DNA of 12,942 bases from Pedosphaera sp. (GCA_031414955.1 JANOQV010000216.1:1-12942); one strand, 5' to 3'; counted from the first letter of the stretch, positions 1 to 8,331 are shown. Notes: generated by a model from the sequence alone, not told the origin. Translations and numbers: made by a program.

Positions 1-113
1 GCCGCTTCAAGCGGGCCGGACAATTTTGGACGCGGCCCGGCTTGCGCGCTCTGCTCGCCCTCGACGAAGCCCGCCGCAACCACCATTGGGATCAACTCTG
101 GCAACCCGCCTAA
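1..113 (+). CDS. C-terminal fragment of an ISKra4/ISLre2-like (Mutator-type DDE) transposase, truncated by the window edge
   Basis: The frame from nt 3 reads RFKRAGQFWTRPGLRALLALDEARRNHHWDQLWQPA* (TAA 111-113). This fits the R-x-K-x-x-G-x-x-W...G...LL-x-L...W-D-x-x-W C-terminal signature I recognise from these transposases. It is not in the ORF track. Confidence 0.7.
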   Translation, partial: RFKRAGQFWTRPGLRALLALDEARRNHHWDQLWQPA

Positions 114-138
114 TTAAGAACGGTGTACGGATGCACCC
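1..138 (+). mobile_element. Right end of an insertion sequence; putative terminal inverted repeat ending ...GGATGCACCC at 138
   Basis: The transposase-like stop is followed within 25 nt by GATGCACCC (GGGTGCATC on the - strand), resembling the GGGTGC-type ends I recall for this IS group. The left end is outside the window, so the IR pair and target duplication cannot be verified. Confidence 0.5.
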
Positions 139-332
139 GTGGCGTCCCGCTGACTCGAAAATTCCGCTCGCCGAAATTCGTACGCCCGGCCCTCCCCGCG
201 TAAAAATTTGAGGCACTTCCTTTCACCGCCACAAACCCTTCGGACGTCGCAGTCCTCTCGCTACGTGTTTGATCATCTGCATTTTCGGAGTTTTTCTGGT
301 TCGGTGAGACGAAGACAACCCGCCCGAGGCGA

Positions 333-349
333 TTGGCAAGGCCGCTGCT
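333..349 (+). promoter_or_regulatory. Candidate sigma54 (-24/-12) promoter
   Basis: TTGGCAAGGCCGCTGCT: GG at 335-336 and GC at 347-348 with the canonical 10-nt spacing (consensus TGGCACG-N4-TTGCW), about 100 nt upstream of the ATG at 452. Confidence 0.4.
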
Positions 350-451
350 AGGGAGCGGTCGAGCAGATGGTGAACAGGCTTTGTGCATGGAAAATAACCG
401 CCGCGTTTGCCTCGCCCCGACGCTCGGAAGCCGCCCTTGGGGCATGCAACT

Positions 452-3400
452 ATGATTGTCCATACCTTGGTCCGAACCATCGTCGGTTTCAGGATTGGTC
501 TGCTGGCCTTGGCCCTCGCGCTGGTGCCACCAGCCTCGGCGCAAATCCTCGATCTGGGCCTCAACGGCGTGAGCGACGTCTGGGAACTTCTGTATGGCGT
601 GAAGACCAAGAGTCTGGCGCCCCAACTCGACTCGGATCGAGACGGCGTACCGGATCGGCTGGAGGCCGTCGCCGGCACGGATCCTTTCAACGCCGCCTCC
701 GTGACCAGAATTTCCCAGTTCCAACTCACGACCCAAGAAACGCCGGCCCGGTTCAAGGTGAATTTGAACGCCACCTTGGGAAAGCTCTTCGAGCTTCAGG
801 CCCAGGAATCGGTCGCGGCCGCCGCCAGCCAGTGGACGACGAAGGACAGCTTCATTGCGCGCACCACTGCGGTCATCACTCTGAACACTCCCGCCGATCT
901 GCCGAGTGAATTCTTCCGCCTCACCGTGGCCGATGTGGACACGGACGGCGACGGGTTGAACGACTGGGAGGAATATCAACTGGGTCTCGATCCTTTGGCG
1001 GCGTTCAGCAACGGCCAGACGGGTGCGACGGGCTTCCCGCTGAACGACTATGAACACATCCGCCGCCGGCTGGCCACACAGAGCCTCGGCAGTCTGCTCT
1101 CCAAGTCGGCGCAGCAACAGATGCTCAAACGCGATCCCGCTTGCGGCCTCGCTTTCAGTGCGAAGGCCAGCCTCGCCGGCGATGCTCCCCTGCCCAGCGG
1201 GAGCGGCTTGACTGGAAACTATTTTACCAATGCCAGCGTGACCTACACGAACGGGGTGAACTTCCATCCGACCAATCATTTCTTCACCACCAACAACGCG
1301 GTCATCGACTTCGTCTGGGGACCGGCCACGACGCCCAATCTCAGCAACGGCAATTACACCGTCCGGTGGGACGGACAGGTCGAGCCGCAGTACTCGGAAC
1401 TCTATTTCTTCGAGCTGCGCTCGGACGACGGCGTGAAGCTCTGGGTGAACGACCGGCTCCTCATCGACCGCTGGCAGGTGCAGAACGCCACGGCCACCAA
1501 CGCCCTCCAACTCGTCGCGGGCGTGCGCTACAACCTTCGTCTGGAATACTTCAATCGTGGCGGCAGCGGTCGCACGAAGCTGTCCTGGTTCAGCGCCAGC
1601 CAACCGCGGCAAGTCATCCCGGCGAATCGCCTCTACCCGGCCTCGGATGGCTACGCGCCGGGCGCGGTGACAAGCCCACTGACCGCCGTCGCCTTTTTGG
1701 GTCAGCCGTTTGCTTATGCCATGGCGGGCGCAAACACACCGCTCGGCTACGGCGCGAGCAACCTGCCCCCGGGGCTGACGATAAACTCCGTCAACGGCAT
1801 CATCAGCGGCGTCCCGACGTTGGCCGGGATCTTCGGCCTCGGCCTTTCCGTGAGCAACGCGGCGGGCCTAGGCGCAGCGGTGCTGAATCTTGAAGTGATC
1901 GACTCGGGCAGTTCAGTCACGCGCGAAGTCTGGCTTGGTGTCCCGGGCACGGGGGTCGCGAGCATCCCGTTGCAGCTTCCCGCCACGCAAACCAACAGCC
2001 TGGGCAATCTCGAGGGCATCACCAATTTCGGGGACAATTACGGCGAGCGCGTGCGCGGCTATCTCATCGCGCCGTTCACGGGGAATTACTATTTTTGGAT
2101 TTCGGGCCACAGTTCCGCCGAGCTTTGGATCTCCGACGATTCGGAACCGGCCAACAAAGTGCGCCGCGCCTGGGTTTCCAAACCCAAGGTCACGACGCCG
2201 CAGCAGTGGAACGGCCAGCCCGGTCAAAAATCCGGCTGGCTCGCGCTCCAGGCCGGCCGGCGCTACTACCTTGAGGTGCTGCACAAGGCCGGGGTGGGCG
2301 CGAATGATCATTGGTCAGTGGGCTGGCTCCTGGATCCCAAGGGCACCAACACCGTGCCCTACGGCGTGGTGCCCGGCTACGTGCTGGCTCCGTTCACGAA
2401 CACGCCGGCGGCGGAAATTCCTGGCACGCTCTACTCCGCGAACATGGTGGCGCAATCCGGCGCGCTCAGTTCCGGGGTCGGCTCGGCGACTTTGCGCCTG
2501 AGTGCCGATGAATCCCAGGCGGTCCTTCGCTACAGCCACGGCGAACTTTCCGCACCCGTGACCGGCAAGCACATTCACGCTGACACCTATTTGGGCAAGA
2601 ACGGTCAGGGCCAGATCATCTTCGACATTGACGACGCGACGCCCGAGGGCGACGGCAGTTTCATCTGGAATATCGAGCCGTCCGGCCCGCTGACCGCCGC
2701 CGACATCGTGGAAATCATCAAGCAGGGCAAGGCCTACCTCAACGTCCATACCGTGAACTATCCGGGCGGTGAAATTAACGGGCACTTCGGTCTGGCCGCC
2801 GGCACGCGGACTTTCACCCCGCCGCCGCCCGCGCCGACTTGGGTGAAGGACCACACGAATCCCAACGCCGCCGCGCGCTTCCTGCAACAAGCGACGTTTG
2901 GGGCCAACTCCGCCGAAATTAGAACGCTCAAGTCGCTGGGTTACGCTGGCTGGATCAGCGGACAGTTCAAGAAGCCAGCCTCGAGCCATCTGGCCAACGT
3001 GCTCGCGCACGGCAGCCCCGATGGCTACCCCGGCACCCTCACCTTCAACACCTGGTGGAAGCAGTCCATCACCGCGCCCGACCAGCTTCGCCAGCGCGTG
3101 GCCTTTGCCCTGAGCCAGATCCTGGTCGTGTCCGAGAACGGCCCGCTGGCCGACAACGGCCGCGCGCTCTCGGCCTACTACGACCTTCTGCTCAAGCACG
3201 CCTTTGGCAACTTCCGCGACCTACTCGAGGATGTGACCCTCTCGCCGGCCATGGGCAACTATCTCGACATGCGGCGCAACGACAAAGGCAACCTCGCCCT
3301 CGGCACGCATCCCAACGAGAACTACGCGCGGGAAATTCTCCAGTTGTTTTCGGTGGGCCTGAACCGGATGTGGCCGGACGGGACGCTGGTGTTGAACTCG

Positions 3401-5155
3401 GCCGGCGACCTTGTGCCGACTTACAACCAGGATGTGATCATCGGCTTCTCGCATGTGTTCACCGGCTGGAATTACGGGCAGACCAATCAGGCGAACAAAC
3501 GACTGCCGGTGAATTTCAGCCCGAGCGCCGACCATGTGAAGCCCATGGTGCTGGTGCCGACCCACCACGAGCTGGGCACCAAGCTGCTGCTGAACAACGT
3601 GGTGCTGCCCGCCGCCTGGGACTCGCAAGCTGATCCGGCCAGCACCAACTTCGACCGCTACGGTGCGAACGACCTCGAACTCGCGCTCGACTCGATCTTC
3701 CAAAATGAAAACGTCGGGCCCTTCATCTGCCGCCAGCTCATCCAGCGCCTGGTCACCAGCCATCCGAGCCGCGATTACCTCTACCGCGTGGTGCAGAAGT
3801 TCAACGACAACGGCGACGGCGTGCGCGGCGACATGAAGGCCGTGATCAAAGCGATCCTGCTCGACTACGAGGCGCGCGGCAGCACCGCCCTGGCGCAGCC
3901 CACTCTTGGCAAGCAGCGCGAACCTCTCCTCCGCGCCACGACCATCGCCCGCGCCTTCCCCGCGCCTACGCCCGTGCCGGCGACTTATCGGCAGAACGGC
4001 AGCGCCACCGTGACCATCACCACGCCCGGACCGCACCGGCTCAGCGGAAGCGATGATGTCCAGCTCAACTTTGCCCGGGGTGGACCCACTTCGCAGGTTT
4101 ACAACAACGTCACGGTCACCGGGGCGAGGACTTTCGCGGTGCATGGCGGCGGCGCTTCCTTCGCCAACTACGGCCAGACCGGTACGACCATCACCCTGAC
4201 GAACTCGGGCCACGGTCTTGCGGTGGGCATGCCGCTCTACCTCACGTTCACTTCGGGCGGAGCACCCAGCCATGTGTACACCGTGGCGGCCGTGCTGAAC
4301 GGTTCAGTCTTCACGGTCAACACCAGCGGCAGCGCGACACGCAACGGCACCGCCGCGTTCATCAAGTGGACGGGAGTCAACTTCAGCCAGTCAGGCAGCA
4401 ACATCACCTTCTACACCTCGACCCCGCACGGCCTGAGCGTCGGGCGGAATGTCTTTGTCGATTTTCCGGGCTACGCAGAATCACCGGACGACAGCTATCG
4501 CGTGACCGGGGTGCCGAGTGCCACGCAGTTCAAGGTGGTCAGCACCGTCGCGGCGAATCGCAGCGACGAGGCCACGGTGCTTCCGCTGATCTCCGCGCCG
4601 GTCTTCCGCTCCGGCAACGTGACGCTCCACTACAACTCCTGGAACATGAATTACACCGACAGCGGATCCAGTTCGAGCCTGTCGCAGACGCCACTGAACG
4701 CGCCGACTGTCTTCAACTTCTTCATGCCTGATTACAAGTACCAGGGCATCCTCGCCTCCGCCGGACTGACCACGCCGGAATTCCAGCTCACCTCGGACAC
4801 CAGCGTTGTCCTCCAGATGAACTTCCTCAGCAGCAGCATTTTCAACAACGGCGCCAACACCAATGGACTGAGCAGTTTCTCCGGCGGCAACGGCTCCATC
4901 ACCATCGACCTCGGGCCGTGGATGACGCGCGCCCACACGGAAGACGCCGGCATCCCGGCCCTCGTGGACAAGCTCAACACGCTGCTCTGCTCCGGCCAGC
5001 TTTCTGACGCGGCCCAGGCCATCATCGTCGGTTACGTCGCCAGCACCACGCGCTTTCCCTACAGCGCCACGCCGACCAACCAACAGAAGCGGGACCGCGT
5101 GCGCGCGGTGGTTCACCTAATGGTCAGCGCCCCCGAGTTCATTGTTCAGCGATAA
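452..5155 (+). CDS. Large secreted multidomain DUF1800-family protein (signal peptide, DxDxDG Ca-binding motifs, PA14, Ig-like, PA14, CHRD, split DUF1800)
   Basis: The ATG at 452 gives a Sec signal ending PASA|Q. Motifs: DSDRDG and DTDGDG; PA14 (VRWDGQVEP...SDDGVKLWVND, ~1200-1650; GERVRGYLIAP...SAELWIS, ~1910-2390); He_PIG-like Ig (NLPPGLTINSVNGIISGVPT, ~1680-1900); CHRD (HIH...GKAYLNVHTVNYPGGEING, ~2430-2795); DUF1800 (AARFLQQATFG, DQLRQRVAFALSQILVVS, SPAMGNYLD, PNENYAREILQLFSVG, APTVFNFF, PEFIVQR). Confidence 0.9.
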   Translation: MIVHTLVRTIVGFRIGLLALALALVPPASAQILDLGLNGVSDVWELLYGVKTKSLAPQLDSDRDGVPDRLEAVAGTDPFNAASVTRISQFQLTTQETPARFKVNLNATLGKLFELQAQESVAAAASQWTTKDSFIARTTAVITLNTPADLPSEFFRLTVADVDTDGDGLNDWEEYQLGLDPLAAFSNGQTGATGFPLNDYEHIRRRLATQSLGSLLSKSAQQQMLKRDPACGLAFSAKASLAGDAPLPSGSGLTGNYFTNASVTYTNGVNFHPTNHFFTTNNAVIDFVWGPATTPNLSNGNYTVRWDGQVEPQYSELYFFELRSDDGVKLWVNDRLLIDRWQVQNATATNALQLVAGVRYNLRLEYFNRGGSGRTKLSWFSASQPRQVIPANRLYPASDGYAPGAVTSPLTAVAFLGQPFAYAMAGANTPLGYGASNLPPGLTINSVNGIISGVPTLAGIFGLGLSVSNAAGLGAAVLNLEVIDSGSSVTREVWLGVPGTGVASIPLQLPATQTNSLGNLEGITNFGDNYGERVRGYLIAPFTGNYYFWISGHSSAELWISDDSEPANKVRRAWVSKPKVTTPQQWNGQPGQKSGWLALQAGRRYYLEVLHKAGVGANDHWSVGWLLDPKGTNTVPYGVVPGYVLAPFTNTPAAEIPGTLYSANMVAQSGALSSGVGSATLRLSADESQAVLRYSHGELSAPVTGKHIHADTYLGKNGQGQIIFDIDDATPEGDGSFIWNIEPSGPLTAADIVEIIKQGKAYLNVHTVNYPGGEINGHFGLAAGTRTFTPPPPAPTWVKDHTNPNAAARFLQQATFGANSAEIRTLKSLGYAGWISGQFKKPASSHLANVLAHGSPDGYPGTLTFNTWWKQSITAPDQLRQRVAFALSQILVVSENGPLADNGRALSAYYDLLLKHAFGNFRDLLEDVTLSPAMGNYLDMRRNDKGNLALGTHPNENYAREILQLFSVGLNRMWPDGTLVLNSAGDLVPTYNQDVIIGFSHVFTGWNYGQTNQANKRLPVNFSPSADHVKPMVLVPTHHELGTKLLLNNVVLPAAWDSQADPASTNFDRYGANDLELALDSIFQNENVGPFICRQLIQRLVTSHPSRDYLYRVVQKFNDNGDGVRGDMKAVIKAILLDYEARGSTALAQPTLGKQREPLLRATTIARAFPAPTPVPATYRQNGSATVTITTPGPHRLSGSDDVQLNFARGGPTSQVYNNVTVTGARTFAVHGGGASFANYGQTGTTITLTNSGHGLAVGMPLYLTFTSGGAPSHVYTVAAVLNGSVFTVNTSGSATRNGTAAFIKWTGVNFSQSGSNITFYTSTPHGLSVGRNVFVDFPGYAESPDDSYRVTGVPSATQFKVVSTVAANRSDEATVLPLISAPVFRSGNVTLHYNSWNMNYTDSGSSSSLSQTPLNAPTVFNFFMPDYKYQGILASAGLTTPEFQLTSDTSVVLQMNFLSSSIFNNGANTNGLSSFSGGNGSITIDLGPWMTRAHTEDAGIPALVDKLNTLLCSGQLSDAAQAIIVGYVASTTRFPYSATPTNQQKRDRVRAVVHLMVSAPEFIVQR
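3980..4540 (+). repeat. Three protein-level repeats (~60-70 aa) inserted within the DUF1800 domain
   Basis: Units start at ~3980, ~4163 and ~4376: ATYRQNGSATVTITTPGPHRLSGSDDVQLNF / ANYGQTGTTITLTNSGHGLAVGMPLYLTF / VNFSQSGSNITFYTSTPHGLSVGRNVFVDF, each continuing to a Y...V...F-x-V end. Confidence 0.8.
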
Positions 5156-5177
5156 TCGCCGAGATATTGGATTAGTT

Positions 5178-6641
5178 ATGAGACACAAAGACGTTTCCAT
5201 CATGACCCGACGCGGGTTTCTTCGCCAGGCCGCCTGCGCCGCGCTCGGCACCGGCGCGCTGACCTCGGTCATCGGCGACCTGCGCTTCATCAACTCCGCT
5301 GCCGCGCAAAGCGCTCCCGGCGACTACAAAGCGTTGGTCTGCATCTTTCTCTCCGGCGGCAATGACGCCAACAACCTGATCATCCCGACCATCCAGTCCG
5401 AGTACGCCGACTACGCGGCCATTCGTTCGGAGGTGCTGGCCCTGCCGATCTCCGGCGCTCCGAATGTCGCGATTCCGCTCTCACCCTTGAGCAGCGACGG
5501 CCACGAGTATGGGCTGCACCCGGCCTGCCCGGAACTCGCAACCCTGTTTGGCGAGAACAAACTCGCCGTCCTGTTCAACACCGGCACGCTGGTTTTCCCC
5601 ATGACCCGCGCCCAGTACCAGAGCGGCGTCCTCCAAAAGCCGCCGCAACTTTTCTCGCATTCGGATCAGGTGACGCAGTGGCAGACCTCCATTCCAGATC
5701 GCCCTCCACTCACAGGCTGGGGCGGACGCTGCGCGGATTTGCTGGCGGCGGTGCAACCAGGCGCGCCCATCTCGATGTCGATCACCCTGGCGGGCGCGAA
5801 CACCTTCGAGGTGGGCAACATCGTGTCGCAGTATTCCGTCACCACCTCGGGCGCCATCAATCTGTCGAGCGTGTCGGGCGCGCGTTTGCAATCGCTGACC
5901 AACCTGCTCGCGTTGCCTTACCCGAACCTGCAAGTGCAGGCTTACGCCGACGTGGGCGAGCACGCCATTCAGACCGGCGGCCTGTTAAACGCCGCCATCA
6001 CCCCGACCGCGCTGCCGGCGTATTGGAACACGCCCTTCCTCACCACCATCACTTCGCCCACGGGCGGCAATCAGTTCAACTCGGGGCTGGCCTCGCAGTT
6101 GCGCATGATCGCGCGGCTCATCGAGGCGGGCCATCGCGACGCGGCCAACGGCGGCTTCGGCATGAAGCGCCAGATCTTCTTCTGCCAGGTCGGCGGCTAC
6201 GACACGCACTCCGGCCAGACGTCCGGCCCGGGCAGCACGACCATCGGCTCGCACGCGAACTTGATGGCGGAATTGAGCCAGGGCATGCACTCCTTCCAGC
6301 GCGCCATGGAGCAGCTCGGCTTGTCGAACAACGTGACCACGTTCACGGGCAGCGATTTCGGCCGCACCTTCCCCGGCAACGGCGAGGGCAGCGATCACGG
6401 CTGGGGCAGCCATCACCTCATCATGGGTGGCGCGGTCAATGGCCGGCGCACTTACGGACGATTCCCCACCCTCGCGATCAACGCCCCCGATGACACCAGC
6501 ACCGGGCGCTGGATTCCCAGCACGTCGATTGACCAGTACTTCGCCACGCTGGCGACGTGGTTCGGCGTGGACAACGGCAACCTCTCGACGGTGTTCCCCA
6601 ACCTGGGCCGCTTCTCCACACCGAATCTTGGTTTCGTATGA
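5178..6641 (+). CDS. DUF1501-family protein with twin-arginine (Tat) signal
   Basis: TRRGFLR Tat motif. Family motifs DYKALVCIFLSGGNDANN, GLHP, LFSHSDQ, GWGGR, GGYDTH, SDFGRT and GSDHGWG are present. It lies in the usual position directly after a DUF1800 gene. The start may be 5178 or the next ATG at 5202. Confidence 0.9.
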   Translation: MRHKDVSIMTRRGFLRQAACAALGTGALTSVIGDLRFINSAAAQSAPGDYKALVCIFLSGGNDANNLIIPTIQSEYADYAAIRSEVLALPISGAPNVAIPLSPLSSDGHEYGLHPACPELATLFGENKLAVLFNTGTLVFPMTRAQYQSGVLQKPPQLFSHSDQVTQWQTSIPDRPPLTGWGGRCADLLAAVQPGAPISMSITLAGANTFEVGNIVSQYSVTTSGAINLSSVSGARLQSLTNLLALPYPNLQVQAYADVGEHAIQTGGLLNAAITPTALPAYWNTPFLTTITSPTGGNQFNSGLASQLRMIARLIEAGHRDAANGGFGMKRQIFFCQVGGYDTHSGQTSGPGSTTIGSHANLMAELSQGMHSFQRAMEQLGLSNNVTTFTGSDFGRTFPGNGEGSDHGWGSHHLIMGGAVNGRRTYGRFPTLAINAPDDTSTGRWIPSTSIDQYFATLATWFGVDNGNLSTVFPNLGRFSTPNLGFV

Positions 6642-7237
6642 AGCGTCTGGCCGGTGCAATCCTCGCCGCCATGCTGGTGGGAATTCTGGCGTGGATAAAA
6701 ACTGCGCCGCAGCCGGAACCGGTCGGCGCACGAGAAGATGAAGTGGTACCCGCTTCGATGGAGCAGCCGGTGGCCGCCGAATCCGTCGCGCCGTCGGAAG
6801 CCGATCCTCCCGAGCCAGCACCCGACCACACGATTCCCGAACCGACCGGCCCGGTGTTGTCCCGACCGAAGCCCGCGAGCCTCGCGGCCGTGGACGAACC
6901 GCGCATCCTGCTTGAGGGCCAGGAACCGGCCGCGACGCTTCCGCCTGTCATCATCCTGGAGAACATGCGCACCACCCTTCGGCAATACAGCCTGCGCTTC
7001 GGCGAAAACCCTGTGGGCGACAATGCAGAGATCACCGCCGCGCTTACGGGTAAGAATCCAAAGCGCGTCGTCTTCCTCAACGCCGAGGACGGCCTGCGCC
7101 TCAACGACCAAGGCCAGCTCGTGGACAATTGGAACACACCCTACTTTTTCCATCAGCTCTCCCGCACCGTGATGGAAATCCAATCCGCCGGACCCGACCG
7201 CCGGATGTGGACGGCGGACGATCTGGTCATGAAGTAG
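6638..7237 (+). CDS. Membrane-anchored hypothetical protein with Pro/Glu-rich linker and a GspG(T2SSG)-like C-terminal domain (199 aa)
   Basis: ATGA overlap with the DUF1501 stop (6638-6641). N-terminal hydrophobic helix MKRLAGAILAAMLVGILAWI. The C-terminal D-N-W-N-T-P-Y...I-Q-S-A-G-P-D...T-A-D-D matches the pseudopilin G tail DPWGxPY...SxGPDG...TxDD. Confidence 0.75.
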   Translation: MKRLAGAILAAMLVGILAWIKTAPQPEPVGAREDEVVPASMEQPVAAESVAPSEADPPEPAPDHTIPEPTGPVLSRPKPASLAAVDEPRILLEGQEPAATLPPVIILENMRTTLRQYSLRFGENPVGDNAEITAALTGKNPKRVVFLNAEDGLRLNDQGQLVDNWNTPYFFHQLSRTVMEIQSAGPDRRMWTADDLVMK

Positions 7238-7295
7238 GAAGCACCCTGACGGGTGGCAAGCAGTCATTTCGGAGCCAGCCTGCAGACGTCTCGTT

Positions 7296-7428
7296 TCCCC
7301 ACCTCCCGACCCTCTTCCTTGCGCAGAGGGGGAATCCAATCCAGTTCTTCGACCAACCAGACCGGTCCTTTGGTCAAGAGCCGTGCCCCGGTCTCCTTCG
7401 CCCAGAGGGAGAGGCCGAGTGAGGGGGA
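7296..7428. repeat. Degenerate inverted pair of CCCCTCACCCCnnCCCTCTCCC...GGGAGAGGG-type REP-like palindromes
   Basis: Arm 1 (7296-7333) is TCCCCACCTCCCGACCCTCTTCCTTGCGCAGAGGGGGA. The reverse complement of arm 2 (7392-7428) is TCCCCCTCACTCGGCCTCTCCCTCTGGGCGAAGGAGA. Each arm forms an imperfect hairpin. Confidence 0.6.
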
Positions 7429-7527
7429 GGCCACGCTTCACCGGGGAGTCCAGTCCGGTGCCTGGGAATGCGGCACGTTCAACATTCCAAGCTCGGAAAA
7501 CCGAGGCCGCCAATTCATGCTCGCCGT

Positions 7528-8331
7528 ATGGACTTGAAGCTGAAGAAGAAGGTCGCGTTGGTCACCGGCGGCGCGGCCGGGATTGGCGAGGCGGTGGTCC
7601 GCCTGCTGGCGCAAGAGGGCGCGCGCGTGGCGTTCGCGGATCGGAATGCGGTCGCGGGCCGGGCCTTGGCCGCAGAACTTCGGAAGGCCGGGCACAACGT
7701 CCGGTTCCTCCGGGCCAACCTTGCAGGCGAAGCCGACTGCCGGCGTTGCGTGGCCCAGAGCATCAAGGCGTTTGGGTCGCTCGATCTGCTCATCAACAAC
7801 GCCGGGGTCAACGACGGCGTGGGATTGGAGCAATCACCCGCCCAGTTCGTCGCCTCATTGCAAAAAAATCTCGTCCACGTTTTCGCCGTCACGCATCACG
7901 CCCTCGCCGCGTTACAGAAATCGCGCGGGACGATTGTGAACATCAGTTCGAAGGTTGCTTTCACCGGCCAGGGGCACACTTCGGGCTACGCCGCGGCGAA
8001 GGGGGGCGTGAATGCGTTGACGCGCGAGTGGGCGGCGGCCCTCGCGCCGCATGGTGTGCGAGTCAACTGCGTCATTCCCGCCGAGTGCGACACGCCGCAG
8101 TATCAGCACTGGTTTGCCTCCCAGGACGATCCAAAAGCCGCCCGGACTTCCATCGAGCAAATGATTCCGTTGGGACGCCGGCTGACCACCCCCGAGGAAG
8201 TGGCCGCCGCCGTGGTCTTCCTGGCCAGCCCGCGCTCCGGGCACACCACGGGCCAGTTTGTTTTTGTGGATGGAGGTTACACTCACCTGGATCGGGCGCT
8301 GACCCAGAGCGGGCATCAATGGAAAACCTGA
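7528..8331 (+). CDS. SDR family oxidoreductase, L-fucose dehydrogenase-like (267 aa)
   Basis: TGGAAGIG Rossmann motif, NNAG and catalytic YAAAK. Subfamily-type motifs GVNDGVGLE, TGQGHTSGY, LTREWA, PAE and VDGGYTHLDRAL are present. The start is placed at the ATG of MDLKLKKKVALVTG. Confidence 0.88.
   Translation: MDLKLKKKVALVTGGAAGIGEAVVRLLAQEGARVAFADRNAVAGRALAAELRKAGHNVRFLRANLAGEADCRRCVAQSIKAFGSLDLLINNAGVNDGVGLEQSPAQFVASLQKNLVHVFAVTHHALAALQKSRGTIVNISSKVAFTGQGHTSGYAAAKGGVNALTREWAAALAPHGVRVNCVIPAECDTPQYQHWFASQDDPKAARTSIEQMIPLGRRLTTPEEVAAAVVFLASPRSGHTTGQFVFVDGGYTHLDRALTQSGHQWKT

Noticed and set aside
7..216. Short ORFs 26-211 (+) and 7-216 (-)
   Set aside because: No motifs; the frame ending at 113 explains the region better as a transposase tail.
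407..451. ORF-track start at 407 (likewise 5142, 6557 and 7468 for later genes)
   Set aside because: Downstream ATGs (452, 5178, 6638, 7528) give proper signal peptides or family N-termini and sensible gene spacing.
110..5116. Long - strand ORFs (110-1612, 2315-3199, 3221-4273, 4481-5116)
   Set aside because: Antisense shadows of the GC-rich DUF1800 gene, with no recognisable motifs.
7242..7255. Hairpin CACCC-TGAC-GGGTG after the operon as an intrinsic terminator
   Set aside because: Only a 5-bp stem and no U-tract.
7329..7459. Imperfect direct repeat GGGGAATCCAATCCAGT / GGGGAGTCCAGTCCGGT
   Set aside because: Three mismatches in 17 nt and it does not cleanly flank the palindrome pair, so it cannot be called a target duplication or operator.
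6452..7513. 353-aa - strand ORF containing PLTRPLPLGEG
   Set aside because: That peptide is just the translated palindromic repeat, and the rest is antisense to real genes.
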